Part shown: in pieces, positions 29,412 through 38,850 of the stretch
Numbering within the stretch: the first letter of the stretch is position 1
Layout of the letters: every line of letters begins with the position of its first letter
From: Planctomycetota bacterium
GTDB taxonomy: Bacteria; Planctomycetota; UBA1135; UBA2386
Assembly: GCA_947501605.1 (NCBI GenBank)
Contig: CANMWZ010000001.1
Span: 64,001-128,000, forward strand
Direction: 5' to 3'
Length of the DNA: 64,000 nt
Notes under the pieces: model-generated
What the model was told of the DNA's origin: nothing
What the model saw: only the letters and a program-made list of their open reading frames with translations
Database searches by the model: none
Translations under genes and position numbers: made by a program

Positions 29412-29784
29412 GAACCCCTCCAGGGGCTCCCCGACTTGACGGTGCAGGGCAGGACCGAAGACCAGCAGAAACACGCCACCAGACCATTGGTGGCGCGAAG
29501 GAACGTAGCGGGGCGCAACTGCGAGTCCACCGCAGTCTTTCCACGTTGCTGGCCCGGGTGTGCAGTCCGTAGGCACGCGGGCATGCAGCGTAGCCGCGGG
29601 TGCCATTCGCCATCGCTGCACGGTTAGCCCTTCGCAACGGTCGGCCGGAATGCAAGCGACCCCGCCCACCGTTGCCGGCGAGCGGGGTCGCATATCCCCG
29701 GCCCGGTTTCCCCGGGCCTCTACTGTGCAACGCGGTCGCCCGCGCGCACGTCGTTCCAAGCTAGGGCCCCCATCTCAGGTAGGC

Positions 29785-29842
29785 CGACTGCCGTTCCATG
29801 ACGACTGCCGTTCCATGACGACTGCCGTTCCATGACGACTGC
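29785..29842. repeat. 17-bp tandem repeat CGACTGCCGTTCCATGA, about 3.4 copies
   Basis: Perfect copies at 29785, 29802, 29819, partial at 29836. Confidence 0.95.
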
Positions 29843-29919
29843 GGTGCAATGCCAACCAGCGATACAAGCCACTCCATCAGGCTGGCGAACCCGAGGGTAG
29901 GCCAACCACAGCAGCAAAC

Positions 29920-29956
29920 CTGCCTCAGAGGTAGGTCTGCCTCAGAGGTAGGTCTG
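29920..29956. repeat. 17-bp tandem duplication CTGCCTCAGAGGTAGGT, about 2.2 copies
   Basis: Perfect copies at 29920 and 29937; covers the stop codon of the small ORF. Confidence 0.9.
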
Positions 29957-30106
29957 ATTGGCGAGGTAAACCAGCACGACCGAGCCGACGAGCAGGAAGA
30001 ACGTCGCGAGGACAATGCCCTCGTCGATGCCCAACCCGCCGCTCTCGACCTGCTCCAGCGCTACCTCAGGGGCAGCCGCGTCTTCGTTCTTGTTCTTGCG
30101 TGCCAT
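29942..30106 (-). CDS. Small 54-aa single-TM protein (not in ORF track)
   Basis: MARKNKNEDAAAPEVALEQVESGGLGIDEGIVLATFFLLVGSVVLVYLANQTYL*; AAGGAG Shine-Dalgarno just upstream of the ATG. Confidence 0.85.
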   Translation of the reverse strand: MARKNKNEDAAAPEVALEQVESGGLGIDEGIVLATFFLLVGSVVLVYLANQTYL

Positions 30107-30138
30107 GATGTCGCTCCTTGTTGGGTTAGCTCGGCGTC

Positions 30139-30987
30139 TCAGTAGCCCGCGAGGTGGGTCGACGCCTTGTCGCCCATCTTGATCTCGCCCTGCTTGATCT
30201 CGAGACGGCAGAACGCCGCGCGGCGCTCGGCATCGATCGAGGTCACCTTGGCTTCGCCCTTGTAGCCCGAGGCATCGTAGATGGCGAAGCTGTAGCCCGG
30301 CTTGACGGCTTCATCCGAAGCTTCGACCAGGATCGTGCAAAGGTTGCCCGTGACGCTGCTGACGGTGCCAGCCAGGGCCGGGACCGCCATGCTCTCGAGG
30401 AAGCCCTTGGCCTTGGCCACATCGACGAGCAGGCCCAGCCGGCCCTTCTCGGCGCCGGCGTCGGCAAGCTGCAGGTCTTTCTGACCGACCGTTTCGTTGA
30501 GCTCGGCAACCTTCTTCTTCAGGTCGCCATTCTCGGCGACGGCCGAGTCCTTGGCGCGAACTGCGTCGTCCTTGTCCTTGCCGGCAGCGAGCGATGCCTG
30601 GTAGGCCTCGCGAGCCTGCGTGAAGGCGGCGTCGGCGTTGCTCTTGATGCCGCCGATTTCGCTGGCGAGCTTCTTGAGGTCCGCGTCCATGCTCGCGTTC
30701 GAACCCTCGAGGCGCTTGACCTCGTCGCGCGAGATGTCGCGCTCATTGCGAGTCTGACCGAGCTCCTGCTCCAGGGTGCTCTTCGACGTCGTCATCGTCG
30801 ACAGCTCCGAGCGCATGCGCTCGTTGTCGGACGTCATCTGGTTCTTGTAGGAGTTGTATTCAGCCTGGACCTTCTCGGCTTCCGACTTCCAGTGGAACTG
30901 CTTCTGGAGATGCGTGCCCGAGAAGCCAACGAAGGTGCCGGCAAGGATCAGGTTGAGGACGATGAAAACGCGACCAATGGGACTCAT
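30139..30987 (-). CDS. Membrane-anchored long coiled-coil protein with small C-terminal beta domain
   Basis: N-terminal TM (GRVFIVLNLILAGTFVGF), heptad-rich region, AAGGAG upstream, strongly biased codons. Confidence 0.85.
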   Translation of the reverse strand: MSPIGRVFIVLNLILAGTFVGFSGTHLQKQFHWKSEAEKVQAEYNSYKNQMTSDNERMRSELSTMTTSKSTLEQELGQTRNERDISRDEVKRLEGSNASMDADLKKLASEIGGIKSNADAAFTQAREAYQASLAAGKDKDDAVRAKDSAVAENGDLKKKVAELNETVGQKDLQLADAGAEKGRLGLLVDVAKAKGFLESMAVPALAGTVSSVTGNLCTILVEASDEAVKPGYSFAIYDASGYKGEAKVTSIDAERRAAFCRLEIKQGEIKMGDKASTHLAGY

Positions 30988-31177
30988 GGTTACCAGGTTG
31001 CTCCTTGCCAGAGGGCGTCTGGGGGGATCATCCAGACGTCTTGGCTCATACCAGGAAAGGTTTGCGAGGAAGGGGTCTGCAGCGAATCCTTGCGCGGCGA
31101 ACGGACACGAGAGTTGAGGACGCAGCCGCGGCAGAACTGCCGAAGGAGGCGAAATCCTAACTCCATACCCAAAGCCG

Positions 31178-32893
31178 TCAAGAACCACCTCTTGGGTCGC
31201 CGGAGCCTCTTGCGCCGACGGCCGCCGAAAGGAACCTGCGGGACCGCAGAACCTTACCCCACATCAGGGCCAAGTGAGCGAGGACGATGGCGAGCCAAAC
31301 CGCAGCCAGCAAGGACAGCCAGCGATGGCTCCATGCCATCGGCGAGAGCCTGCCCGTGCCGAGCGGCAAATCGACACGAAGAACGCGCGCAGCGGGCTGC
31401 GGCGCCGGCGCCGGCGCGAGGGTTGCGAGTACGGACCCATCGCCGTCGACCGCCATCGAAAGACCATCGCTGGTGCACCGCACAATCGGCGTCTCCGTGG
31501 CGATGGCCAGCAGCACCGTGATCGCGACGAGCTGTTCGCGCTCGGCCCCGCCGCGGTACCAGGCCTCGTTGGAAAGCACGGCGAGGAACTGGGCACCAGC
31601 GCCGACGGCGTCGGCCACCACTTCTGGGAACGCGTTGTCGTAGCAGATCAGGCCAGCGAAACCGAAGCCCGGCTCGCGGCTGCCGTTGGTCGGCTCCAAT
31701 CGCAGCGGCGGCAACGCTCGTCCCGGGCGCGCATCGGGGATGCCGACGTTGGTCGCGGCAAAGTCGCGCACAGCGGCCGCGAGCCCTGCGGGCAGCCAGT
31801 CGACCAACGGCAGGGACTCGCCGCCCGGCACCAAGCGCTGCTTCTCGTGATGGCCGAGGTAGCGGCCATCGGCATCCACCAGCACCGCCGCGGGCGTAAA
31901 CCCTCCCTCCCGATGTTCGATCGCGGCGCCAAGGAGCACCCTCACCGACGGCTGCAGCGCGAACGCGCCGCGCATGGCTTCGAACGAGGGTTCGCCATCG
32001 ACCGAGCGCCGCACCGACCAAGGGACGCTGCTCTCGGGCCAGAGCACGAGTGCTGGCGGTGACGCGACCCCGCGACCGGCGACGGCTTCGGTCGGAGCCA
32101 CCAAGCGCGTGCGGCAGAGTTCGAGCCAACGTCGTTGGTAGGCAGCGCGGCTGGCATTCTCGACGTCCGCGAAGGCGTCGAGCGAGTGGTAGCCTGGCTC
32201 GATCGCCGCAATCGCGACCGTCGCGCCGCGTTCACCGCGAGGACTCGGCGCAAACATGAACGTCGCGACCGCGCCAACGACGGCGACACTCGCAAACGTG
32301 GCGCGCGCGCGCGGCAGCGTCGGCACTGCGAGTCGCCAAGCGCGAACGAGTTGCACGGATGCGGCGGCGAGCGCCGCCAGCAACGCGTTGCCGAGGACTT
32401 CGCCACCAAGACGCACCGCACCAAGCCACTGGGGCCAGGCCCAGAATGCGTGGATCGGCTGACCGTGCGGATAGCCGATGCCAGGCATCTCGGCGCGCAG
32501 CACGCAGCAGCCGGCAACTGCCAGCGCAAACGCCGCCACCGGTCGATGGGCGCGATCGGGACGAAACGCGGTCCGCGTCGCCAAGGCGACGGCGGCGTAG
32601 TAGCAGCCGCCAAGGGCGCCGACCGCAATCCAGCCAAACCACGTCACGTGCCGCAACGACCACGAGAACGCTGCGACATGCAACGCGCCAAGCCAGTAGC
32701 TGGCCAGCACGGGCCGGCGTTCCGCGGTCACAAGCGCGAACCAGATCGCCAGCCCAGGCAGCATCAGCAGCTCGGCTCCAGGCCACCACGACGGCGGCGT
32801 CGCTGCCGTCATGATGAGCCCGCCCAGCAGGATCCACGGCCATGGCGCACTCGGTCGAGGCCTCGGTTCGACTGGCGCCGCCGGGCGATTCAT
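31178..32893 (-). CDS. lnt: Apolipoprotein N-acyltransferase
   Basis: TM region plus nitrilase triad motifs WPES, KQRLVPGGE, ICYD, LSNEAW. Confidence 0.92.
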   Translation of the reverse strand: MNRPAAPVEPRPRPSAPWPWILLGGLIMTAATPPSWWPGAELLMLPGLAIWFALVTAERRPVLASYWLGALHVAAFSWSLRHVTWFGWIAVGALGGCYYAAVALATRTAFRPDRAHRPVAAFALAVAGCCVLRAEMPGIGYPHGQPIHAFWAWPQWLGAVRLGGEVLGNALLAALAAASVQLVRAWRLAVPTLPRARATFASVAVVGAVATFMFAPSPRGERGATVAIAAIEPGYHSLDAFADVENASRAAYQRRWLELCRTRLVAPTEAVAGRGVASPPALVLWPESSVPWSVRRSVDGEPSFEAMRGAFALQPSVRVLLGAAIEHREGGFTPAAVLVDADGRYLGHHEKQRLVPGGESLPLVDWLPAGLAAAVRDFAATNVGIPDARPGRALPPLRLEPTNGSREPGFGFAGLICYDNAFPEVVADAVGAGAQFLAVLSNEAWYRGGAEREQLVAITVLLAIATETPIVRCTSDGLSMAVDGDGSVLATLAPAPAPQPAARVLRVDLPLGTGRLSPMAWSHRWLSLLAAVWLAIVLAHLALMWGKVLRSRRFLSAAVGARGSGDPRGGS

Positions 32894-34122
32894 GCGCGCA
32901 AGGCCCCCGCCGAGTAGCCGACCACCGTGGCGCTGTTCAGTTGCTCGGACGTCGCATTCTCGGGCAGCAAGGCGTAGGCGGTGCCGCCTACCAAGCGGAA
33001 CGGATCGCCGCTCGGCGATGGCGGCAGCAAGTCCGCGATCAACACGGCGCCGTCGACGGCGAGTGCGACCGGCATGGCTTGCAGGCGCGAGTTGGGCTTG
33101 AAGCTGCCGCGGATCTTTGCGGTCGCAGTCCAAGGCCGAGGGTCCTGGCCAAGGAGGCGCAGCAGCAATGGCCGAACCAGCAAGTCAAACACCGTGAAAC
33201 TCGACGCCGGATTGCCGGGCAAGCCGAACACGAAGACGGTCCGGTCGTCGTCGCGACGCTGGCCAAAATACGTGGGCTTACCGGGCTTCAACTCGATGCC
33301 GTGGAAGTCCGTCGCAACGGCGAGCTGCGACAGCGTGCCATGCACCAGATCGTGACTCCCTTTGCTGATGCCGCCGATCGTCACCAGCACGTCGTAGGCA
33401 TCGAGTCCTTTCGCCAGCAGCGCGCGCAGGGCCTCAGGCTCGTCGGCGGCAACGCCCAGCCGGGTCGCTTCGGCACCGCACTCTTCGATCTGTGCCTGCA
33501 GCGCCCAGGAGTTGCTCTCGCGGACCTGGTGCGGCAGCGGCACGGCATCGACCGGCACGACCTCATCGCCAGTCGCGAGGATCCCGACGCGCGGCCGTCG
33601 GTAGACCGGAACGAGGGTGCGGCCCAACACCGCGAGCACCCCGATCTCGGCGGCGCGGATGCGCGTGCCCGCGGCGAGCACCAGCGCCCCGGCTGACGCC
33701 TCGGAGCCGCGAGGTCGCACGTTCTGTCCAGCACTGACCGCAGCGTGCACCTCGACCGTATCTCCCTGGAACCCCGACGTCTGCTCCACCGGCACGACGG
33801 CATCCGCGCCAAGAGGCAGCACCGAACCCGTCATGATGCGAATGGCGCAACCAGGAGGCATCGCTGCTTCGAAAGGGTGCCCAGCGAGACTCTGTCCTAC
33901 GACCGGCAGCCGAACTGGCGCGGCCAGACCGGCGCCGGCAGCGACCGCGAAGCCGTCCATCGCCGACCGGTCCGTCGACGGCCACGGCCCCTCGGTCACC
34001 ACATCCACCGCGAGGTACCGCCCGCGGGCCTGGTCGAGGCCAACCGATTCCACCGGCATGCGGCTACACCGCGCGCCCAAGACGCGCCCCAACGCCACAA
34101 ACAAGCTGATCGTCGTCGCCAT
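32890..34122 (-). CDS. moeA: Molybdopterin molybdotransferase
   Basis: RSAMDGFA, RIMTG, LATGDE, KPGKP, FGLPGNP. Confidence 0.95.
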   Translation of the reverse strand: MATTISLFVALGRVLGARCSRMPVESVGLDQARGRYLAVDVVTEGPWPSTDRSAMDGFAVAAGAGLAAPVRLPVVGQSLAGHPFEAAMPPGCAIRIMTGSVLPLGADAVVPVEQTSGFQGDTVEVHAAVSAGQNVRPRGSEASAGALVLAAGTRIRAAEIGVLAVLGRTLVPVYRRPRVGILATGDEVVPVDAVPLPHQVRESNSWALQAQIEECGAEATRLGVAADEPEALRALLAKGLDAYDVLVTIGGISKGSHDLVHGTLSQLAVATDFHGIELKPGKPTYFGQRRDDDRTVFVFGLPGNPASSFTVFDLLVRPLLLRLLGQDPRPWTATAKIRGSFKPNSRLQAMPVALAVDGAVLIADLLPPSPSGDPFRLVGGTAYALLPENATSEQLNSATVVGYSAGALRA

Positions 34123-34258
34123 GAAAGTTCTTGCTGCCGATCTGCCGCCCAACCAGGGACCGCTACCTGCGAATGCGACGGAGCGTTCGGTGCGTGAGTT
34201 CTCCCTGCCGCCAGAGACCGGCGCAACGTAGAAGATCCTGCACGTGCACCTGCCCACC

Positions 34259-35494
34259 ATGCCGCGACCCCGCATTCTGTCCCTACTACCCGCGCTTTGG
34301 CTCCTGTCCTTGGCCGCAATGGCCGCCTGCAGCGGTAGCACGGCCGGAGCCGCCGACAAGAACAAGGAAGAGGCCCCGGTTCCGTTGGTCCGCGCCACCG
34401 CAGCCGTGCTGCGCCAGGTCCGCCGCGAAATCCGAACCACCGGCTTCCTCGAGTCCGAACAGACCTCGACGGTCGTCTCGCTCGTGTCGGGTCGCCTGAG
34501 CGCCATCTATGTCGATGAGGGCACGCTGGTGACGAGCGGGCAACTCCTCGCCAGCGTCGACGACCGCGAAGCCAAGTCCGCGATCCAACAGCTCACCGTG
34601 CAGCGCGACGGCAAAGAGCTCGACCAACAACTCGCAGCCCTCGAGGTCGAGGCCGCCGACCGCCGCATCGCACAGGCCTCGATCGAGGTGCAGAAGGCGC
34701 GAGCCGAGTTCGACCGCCAGAGCCAGACGCGAGCCGAGTTCGTCTCGCCCAAGGCCCTTCAGGATGCTGAACTCGCGTGGCAGAGCCTCGCCGAGACCGT
34801 GGAAGTCGCGAAGTTCAATGCCAGCAAGGCGAGACTCGAAGTGAAGCGAATTGCCACCACGATCGAAGAACTCAAGGCCCGCATAGACGAACTGAACGTC
34901 CGGCTCGAGCACCACCGCATCGCCGCTCCGTTCGCCGGCGTCATCACCTCGCGACACGTATCGGTCGGCGCCAACGTGGGGCCGTCGACGCCGTTGTTCG
35001 AGATGGTCGACCCCGACCATCTCGTGGCCTGGCTCGACCGCCCGCAGTCCGAGCTCGATTTGATCCGCAACGGCAAGATCGCCACCTTCACCACCGATGC
35101 GCTGCCGGGCCGTGAATTCACCGCCGACATCGACCAGGTGAGTCCCGTGGTCGATCGCTTGACCGGGCACTTTCGCTTGCGCATCCGCGTCAAGCCGGAC
35201 GATGCGCGCACGCTGCTGCACGGCATGTTTCTCCGCGCCCGCATCCAGGCCGAGGACTTGCGCGAGGCCCTGATGGTGCCCAAGTCCGCAATCCTCAGCG
35301 AAGGCGACGCCGCCGTGGTGATGGTCGCACGCACCGGCAAGGCCATCCGCATCGACCTCGACCCCGGTCTCGAACAGGACGACTGGATCGAGTGCAAGAA
35401 TCGCGGCGCCAACGGACTCCAGCCCGGCGAACTCGTGATCGTCGAGGGCCACGAAGACCTCGAAGACCAGGCCGCCGTGCGGCTGCAGCAGTAG
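34259..35494 (+). CDS. RND efflux periplasmic adaptor (MFP)
   Basis: Lipoprotein signal, SGRL..IYVDEG..V..GQLL, helical hairpin, IAAPFAGVI. Confidence 0.92.
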   Translation: MPRPRILSLLPALWLLSLAAMAACSGSTAGAADKNKEEAPVPLVRATAAVLRQVRREIRTTGFLESEQTSTVVSLVSGRLSAIYVDEGTLVTSGQLLASVDDREAKSAIQQLTVQRDGKELDQQLAALEVEAADRRIAQASIEVQKARAEFDRQSQTRAEFVSPKALQDAELAWQSLAETVEVAKFNASKARLEVKRIATTIEELKARIDELNVRLEHHRIAAPFAGVITSRHVSVGANVGPSTPLFEMVDPDHLVAWLDRPQSELDLIRNGKIATFTTDALPGREFTADIDQVSPVVDRLTGHFRLRIRVKPDDARTLLHGMFLRARIQAEDLREALMVPKSAILSEGDAAVVMVARTGKAIRIDLDPGLEQDDWIECKNRGANGLQPGELVIVEGHEDLEDQAAVRLQQ

Positions 35495-35505
35495 GCGCCT
35501 TACCG

Positions 35506-38500
35506 ATGCTGTCCACAGGTTTGCTGCCGGCTGGGAGCGCCGCTGCTCGCTCGTTCTTCGCCTTCACGGTCACGCGGCCGATCGCCGTGTCGATGGTCGT
35601 GCTCGCGATCTGCGTCTTTGGTCTGGTGGGCCTGCTCGGCCTGCCGGTCAACCTGTTGCCGGACGTGAGCTATCCGTCGGTGACGGTGCGGACGACGTAT
35701 CCAGGTGCTTCGCCGCGCGATGTCGAGGAGCGCATCAGCGAACGCGTGCAAGAACTTGTCGCCGTCGTCCCTGGCGTTCGCCGCGTGTTCAGCATCAGTC
35801 GGCCCGGCGTCTCCGACGTCGTGCTGGAGTTCGGCTGGGGCACGCAGATGAGCTTCGCCGTCAACGACGTGCGCGAACGACTCGACCGGTTCTTTCCGCC
35901 GCAAGGTGCCGAACCGCCGCTCGTGCTGCGCTACGACCCGAGCCTTGACCCGGTCCTCACCATCGGCCTCGTGGCCAAGGACCATCTCGACCTCGTCGAA
36001 CTGCGCCACTACGCCGATCTCGAACTCGAGGAACGCCTCGCCACCATCGACGGCATCGCCGCCGTCAAGGTGCGAGGCGGCGACGAGGAGGAGATCCGCG
36101 TCGCCATCGACGAGCAGGCCTTGACCAGCAAGGGCCTCGACATCGCCGCGATCGCGCAGCGCCTGCGCCTGGAGAACGTCAACGCCGCTTCCGGCTCGAT
36201 CGAGGAAGGGCGCACCGAGTACCTGGTGCGGACGCTCAACGAGTACCGCACCCCCGCCGAGATCGAGGCGACCATCTTGGTGACGCGCGACGGACAGCAG
36301 ATCCGGCTCGCCGAGGTAGCCAAAGTCGAACGCCGCCCCGCCGACCCGCAGGTCCTCTGTCGCATCGGTGACCGTCCATGCGTCCTGGTGGACATCTACA
36401 AGGAAGCATCGGCCAACGTCGTCGAGGTCTGCACCACCGCGCAGCGCCGCGTCTTCGGAGCGCCCTGGCAACAGCAGGCGGTGCAACAAGGGCTGCACGA
36501 ACGCCAGCTCGAGGCCGAACCGGATGCGACCGGTGAGGCGTTGAAAGAGCAGAAACTCGCCCGCGCCCTGGATGCGCAAAAGCGCGCGGAGATGTCCGAC
36601 TACCTCGCTTTCGAGATGGGCAAACTCGGCATCACGCCAGTGCTGCTGCAGGACCAGTCGCGGTTCATCGCCGACGCGATCGCCGAGGTCAACAGCAACG
36701 CGCTGCAGGGCGGCGTGCTGGCAGTCCTCGTGATTCTGCTCTTCTTGCGCTCGCTGGTTGCTACTGCGATCCTCGCGGTCTCGATCCCACTGAGCCTGCT
36801 GGCGACCTTTGCACCGATGTTTCTCGTCGGTATCGACCTCAACGTGATGTCACTCGGAGGCCTCGCGCTCGGTGTCGGCATGCTGGTCGACAACTCCATC
36901 GTCGTGCTCGAGTCCATCGAGAAGCGTCGCGAGGCCGGCGAAGCGGCCGCCGTCGCGGCGGTCATGGGAACCGCGCGTGTCGCCGGCGCCGTCATCGCCT
37001 CCACGCTGACTACGGTTGCCGTGTTCTTCCCCATCGTGTTCGTCGAAGGCCTGGGTGGCCAACTGTTCCGCGACCAAGCCTTGACGGTGGTGTTCGCGTT
37101 GATGATGTCGTTGCTGGTCGCGCTGTTCGTGGTCCCGATGCTGGCGTCGCGCGGCGGCGGCGGACTCGGTGCGTTCCTGACCGGACTGTTCACGCTGGCG
37201 CCGCTCGAGTTGCTGCATCCCGATGCGAGTGCCCCGAGCGAGCAGCCCGCCGACGCGCACACCGCACCGCCAGCAAAGACGCGTAGCCCTTGGTTGACGA
37301 AACTCGACATGGGCTACCGGCGATTGCTAAGCACTTCTCTGCGCCGCTCGTGGATCGTCGTCGGCATCGCCGTCGCCCTGGTCCTTGGGGCAACGATGCG
37401 GGTCGGCAGCCTCGGCCAACAAGTCCTCCCCGAAGTCCGCCAAGGCGAGTTCTGGCTGCAGGCCTTCTTGCCGCGCTCAGTCACAGTGGCGACGACCGAC
37501 GCCGTGCTGCGCAAGATCGAGAGCCAGGTGCGGCAACTGCCTGAAGTCGAGCGCACGTTCTTGGCGAGCGGTGTCGACCCTGAAGAGCTCAACGACAGCG
37601 AAGAGGGCAAGCACTCCGCCCGCATCCTGGTGACCCTGCGCTCGGCGCAGGATCGCGCCACTCAGGAACTCAGCGTGCGGGCGACTATCGAGTCGCTGTT
37701 GCGCGAAGAGCCGGCAGTGCAGTCGCACCGGTTCTCGACCAGCAGCGTGCTCGAGTTCAGCGCCGGCGTGATCGTCGAAGTCCTCGGCCATGATCTCGAG
37801 CAGTTGCGACTGGCTTGCGACCAAGTCGCAGCGGCGATGAAGCGGCTACCACAACTTCGCGACGTGCGTACGACGCTGCAGCGCGGCAACCCCGAGTTGA
37901 CGGTGCGATTCGATCGCGACCAACTGTCGGCGCTCGAGCTCGACCCGGGTGCCATCACCTCGCTGCTCCGCGCCAAGGTGCAAGGCGACGTGCCGACGCA
38001 GTTTTCGGAACGCGAGCGCAAGCTCGACATCCGCGTCCGGATGGACCGCGAGGATCTCGCGAGCGAATCGGCGCTGCGCGAGATCAACGTCAACCCAAGG
38101 GGCTACCCCGAGATCCCGCTGCGAGCCGTGGCGGAGGTAGTGCGTCGCGAAGGGCCCAGTGAAATCCGGCGCTTTGGCAACGTTCGCGGCGCCGAAGTCT
38201 CAGGCACGCTGAACGGCTTCGACATGGCGCAGACGCAGCTCGAAGTCGAAGCCGCGATCGCCGACCTCACGCTGCCACGCGGGACCGAAGCGCGCATCGG
38301 CGGACAGAAAGAAGAGCTCGAACGCAGTCGCCGCAGTCTGACGCTGGCGTTGCTGCTCGCCATCTTCCTGGTCTACGTGGTGATGGCGTCGCAGTTCGAG
38401 AGCATCGTGCAGCCCCTGGTGATCCTCGTCTCCGTGCCGCTGGCGCTGATCGGCGTCGTGTTCGCGCTCGACATCACGGACACCGACCTGTCGGTGATCG

Positions 38501-38850
38501 TGTTCCTCGGGGCGATCGTCCTTGCCGGCATCGTCGTCAACAACGCGATCATCCTCATCGACCAGATCAACCACTTGCGGCAGGAGGGCATGCCACTCAA
38601 GGACGCCATCCTCGAAGGCAGCAGCAGTCGCATGCGGCCAGTATTGATGACGACGCTGACGACGCTTCTCGGCCTGTTGCCACAAACCGGTTGGACCACC
38701 TGGATGCCATTCGTCGGCGGTAGCACGGACGGTCTCGAACTCCGCGCACCGATGGCGATCACCGTCATCGCCGGGTTGACCAGCTCCACGGTGCTCACGC
38801 TCGTGTTGGTCCCAGTCATCTACGGAATGATCGCGCGGAGAAGGGCATGA
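35506..38850 (+). CDS. RND efflux permease subunit 1
   Basis: RPIAV, GMLVDNSIVV, GIVVNNAI, RMRPVLMT. Confidence 0.95.
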   Translation: MLSTGLLPAGSAAARSFFAFTVTRPIAVSMVVLAICVFGLVGLLGLPVNLLPDVSYPSVTVRTTYPGASPRDVEERISERVQELVAVVPGVRRVFSISRPGVSDVVLEFGWGTQMSFAVNDVRERLDRFFPPQGAEPPLVLRYDPSLDPVLTIGLVAKDHLDLVELRHYADLELEERLATIDGIAAVKVRGGDEEEIRVAIDEQALTSKGLDIAAIAQRLRLENVNAASGSIEEGRTEYLVRTLNEYRTPAEIEATILVTRDGQQIRLAEVAKVERRPADPQVLCRIGDRPCVLVDIYKEASANVVEVCTTAQRRVFGAPWQQQAVQQGLHERQLEAEPDATGEALKEQKLARALDAQKRAEMSDYLAFEMGKLGITPVLLQDQSRFIADAIAEVNSNALQGGVLAVLVILLFLRSLVATAILAVSIPLSLLATFAPMFLVGIDLNVMSLGGLALGVGMLVDNSIVVLESIEKRREAGEAAAVAAVMGTARVAGAVIASTLTTVAVFFPIVFVEGLGGQLFRDQALTVVFALMMSLLVALFVVPMLASRGGGGLGAFLTGLFTLAPLELLHPDASAPSEQPADAHTAPPAKTRSPWLTKLDMGYRRLLSTSLRRSWIVVGIAVALVLGATMRVGSLGQQVLPEVRQGEFWLQAFLPRSVTVATTDAVLRKIESQVRQLPEVERTFLASGVDPEELNDSEEGKHSARILVTLRSAQDRATQELSVRATIESLLREEPAVQSHRFSTSSVLEFSAGVIVEVLGHDLEQLRLACDQVAAAMKRLPQLRDVRTTLQRGNPELTVRFDRDQLSALELDPGAITSLLRAKVQGDVPTQFSERERKLDIRVRMDREDLASESALREINVNPRGYPEIPLRAVAEVVRREGPSEIRRFGNVRGAEVSGTLNGFDMAQTQLEVEAAIADLTLPRGTEARIGGQKEELERSRRSLTLALLLAIFLVYVVMASQFESIVQPLVILVSVPLALIGVVFALDITDTDLSVIVFLGAIVLAGIVVNNAIILIDQINHLRQEGMPLKDAILEGSSSRMRPVLMTTLTTLLGLLPQTGWTTWMPFVGGSTDGLELRAPMAITVIAGLTSSTVLTLVLVPVIYGMIARRRA

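Noticed and set aside
29785..29956. CRISPR array
   Set aside because: Repeats are head-to-tail with no spacers, only 17 bp, and no cas genes are present
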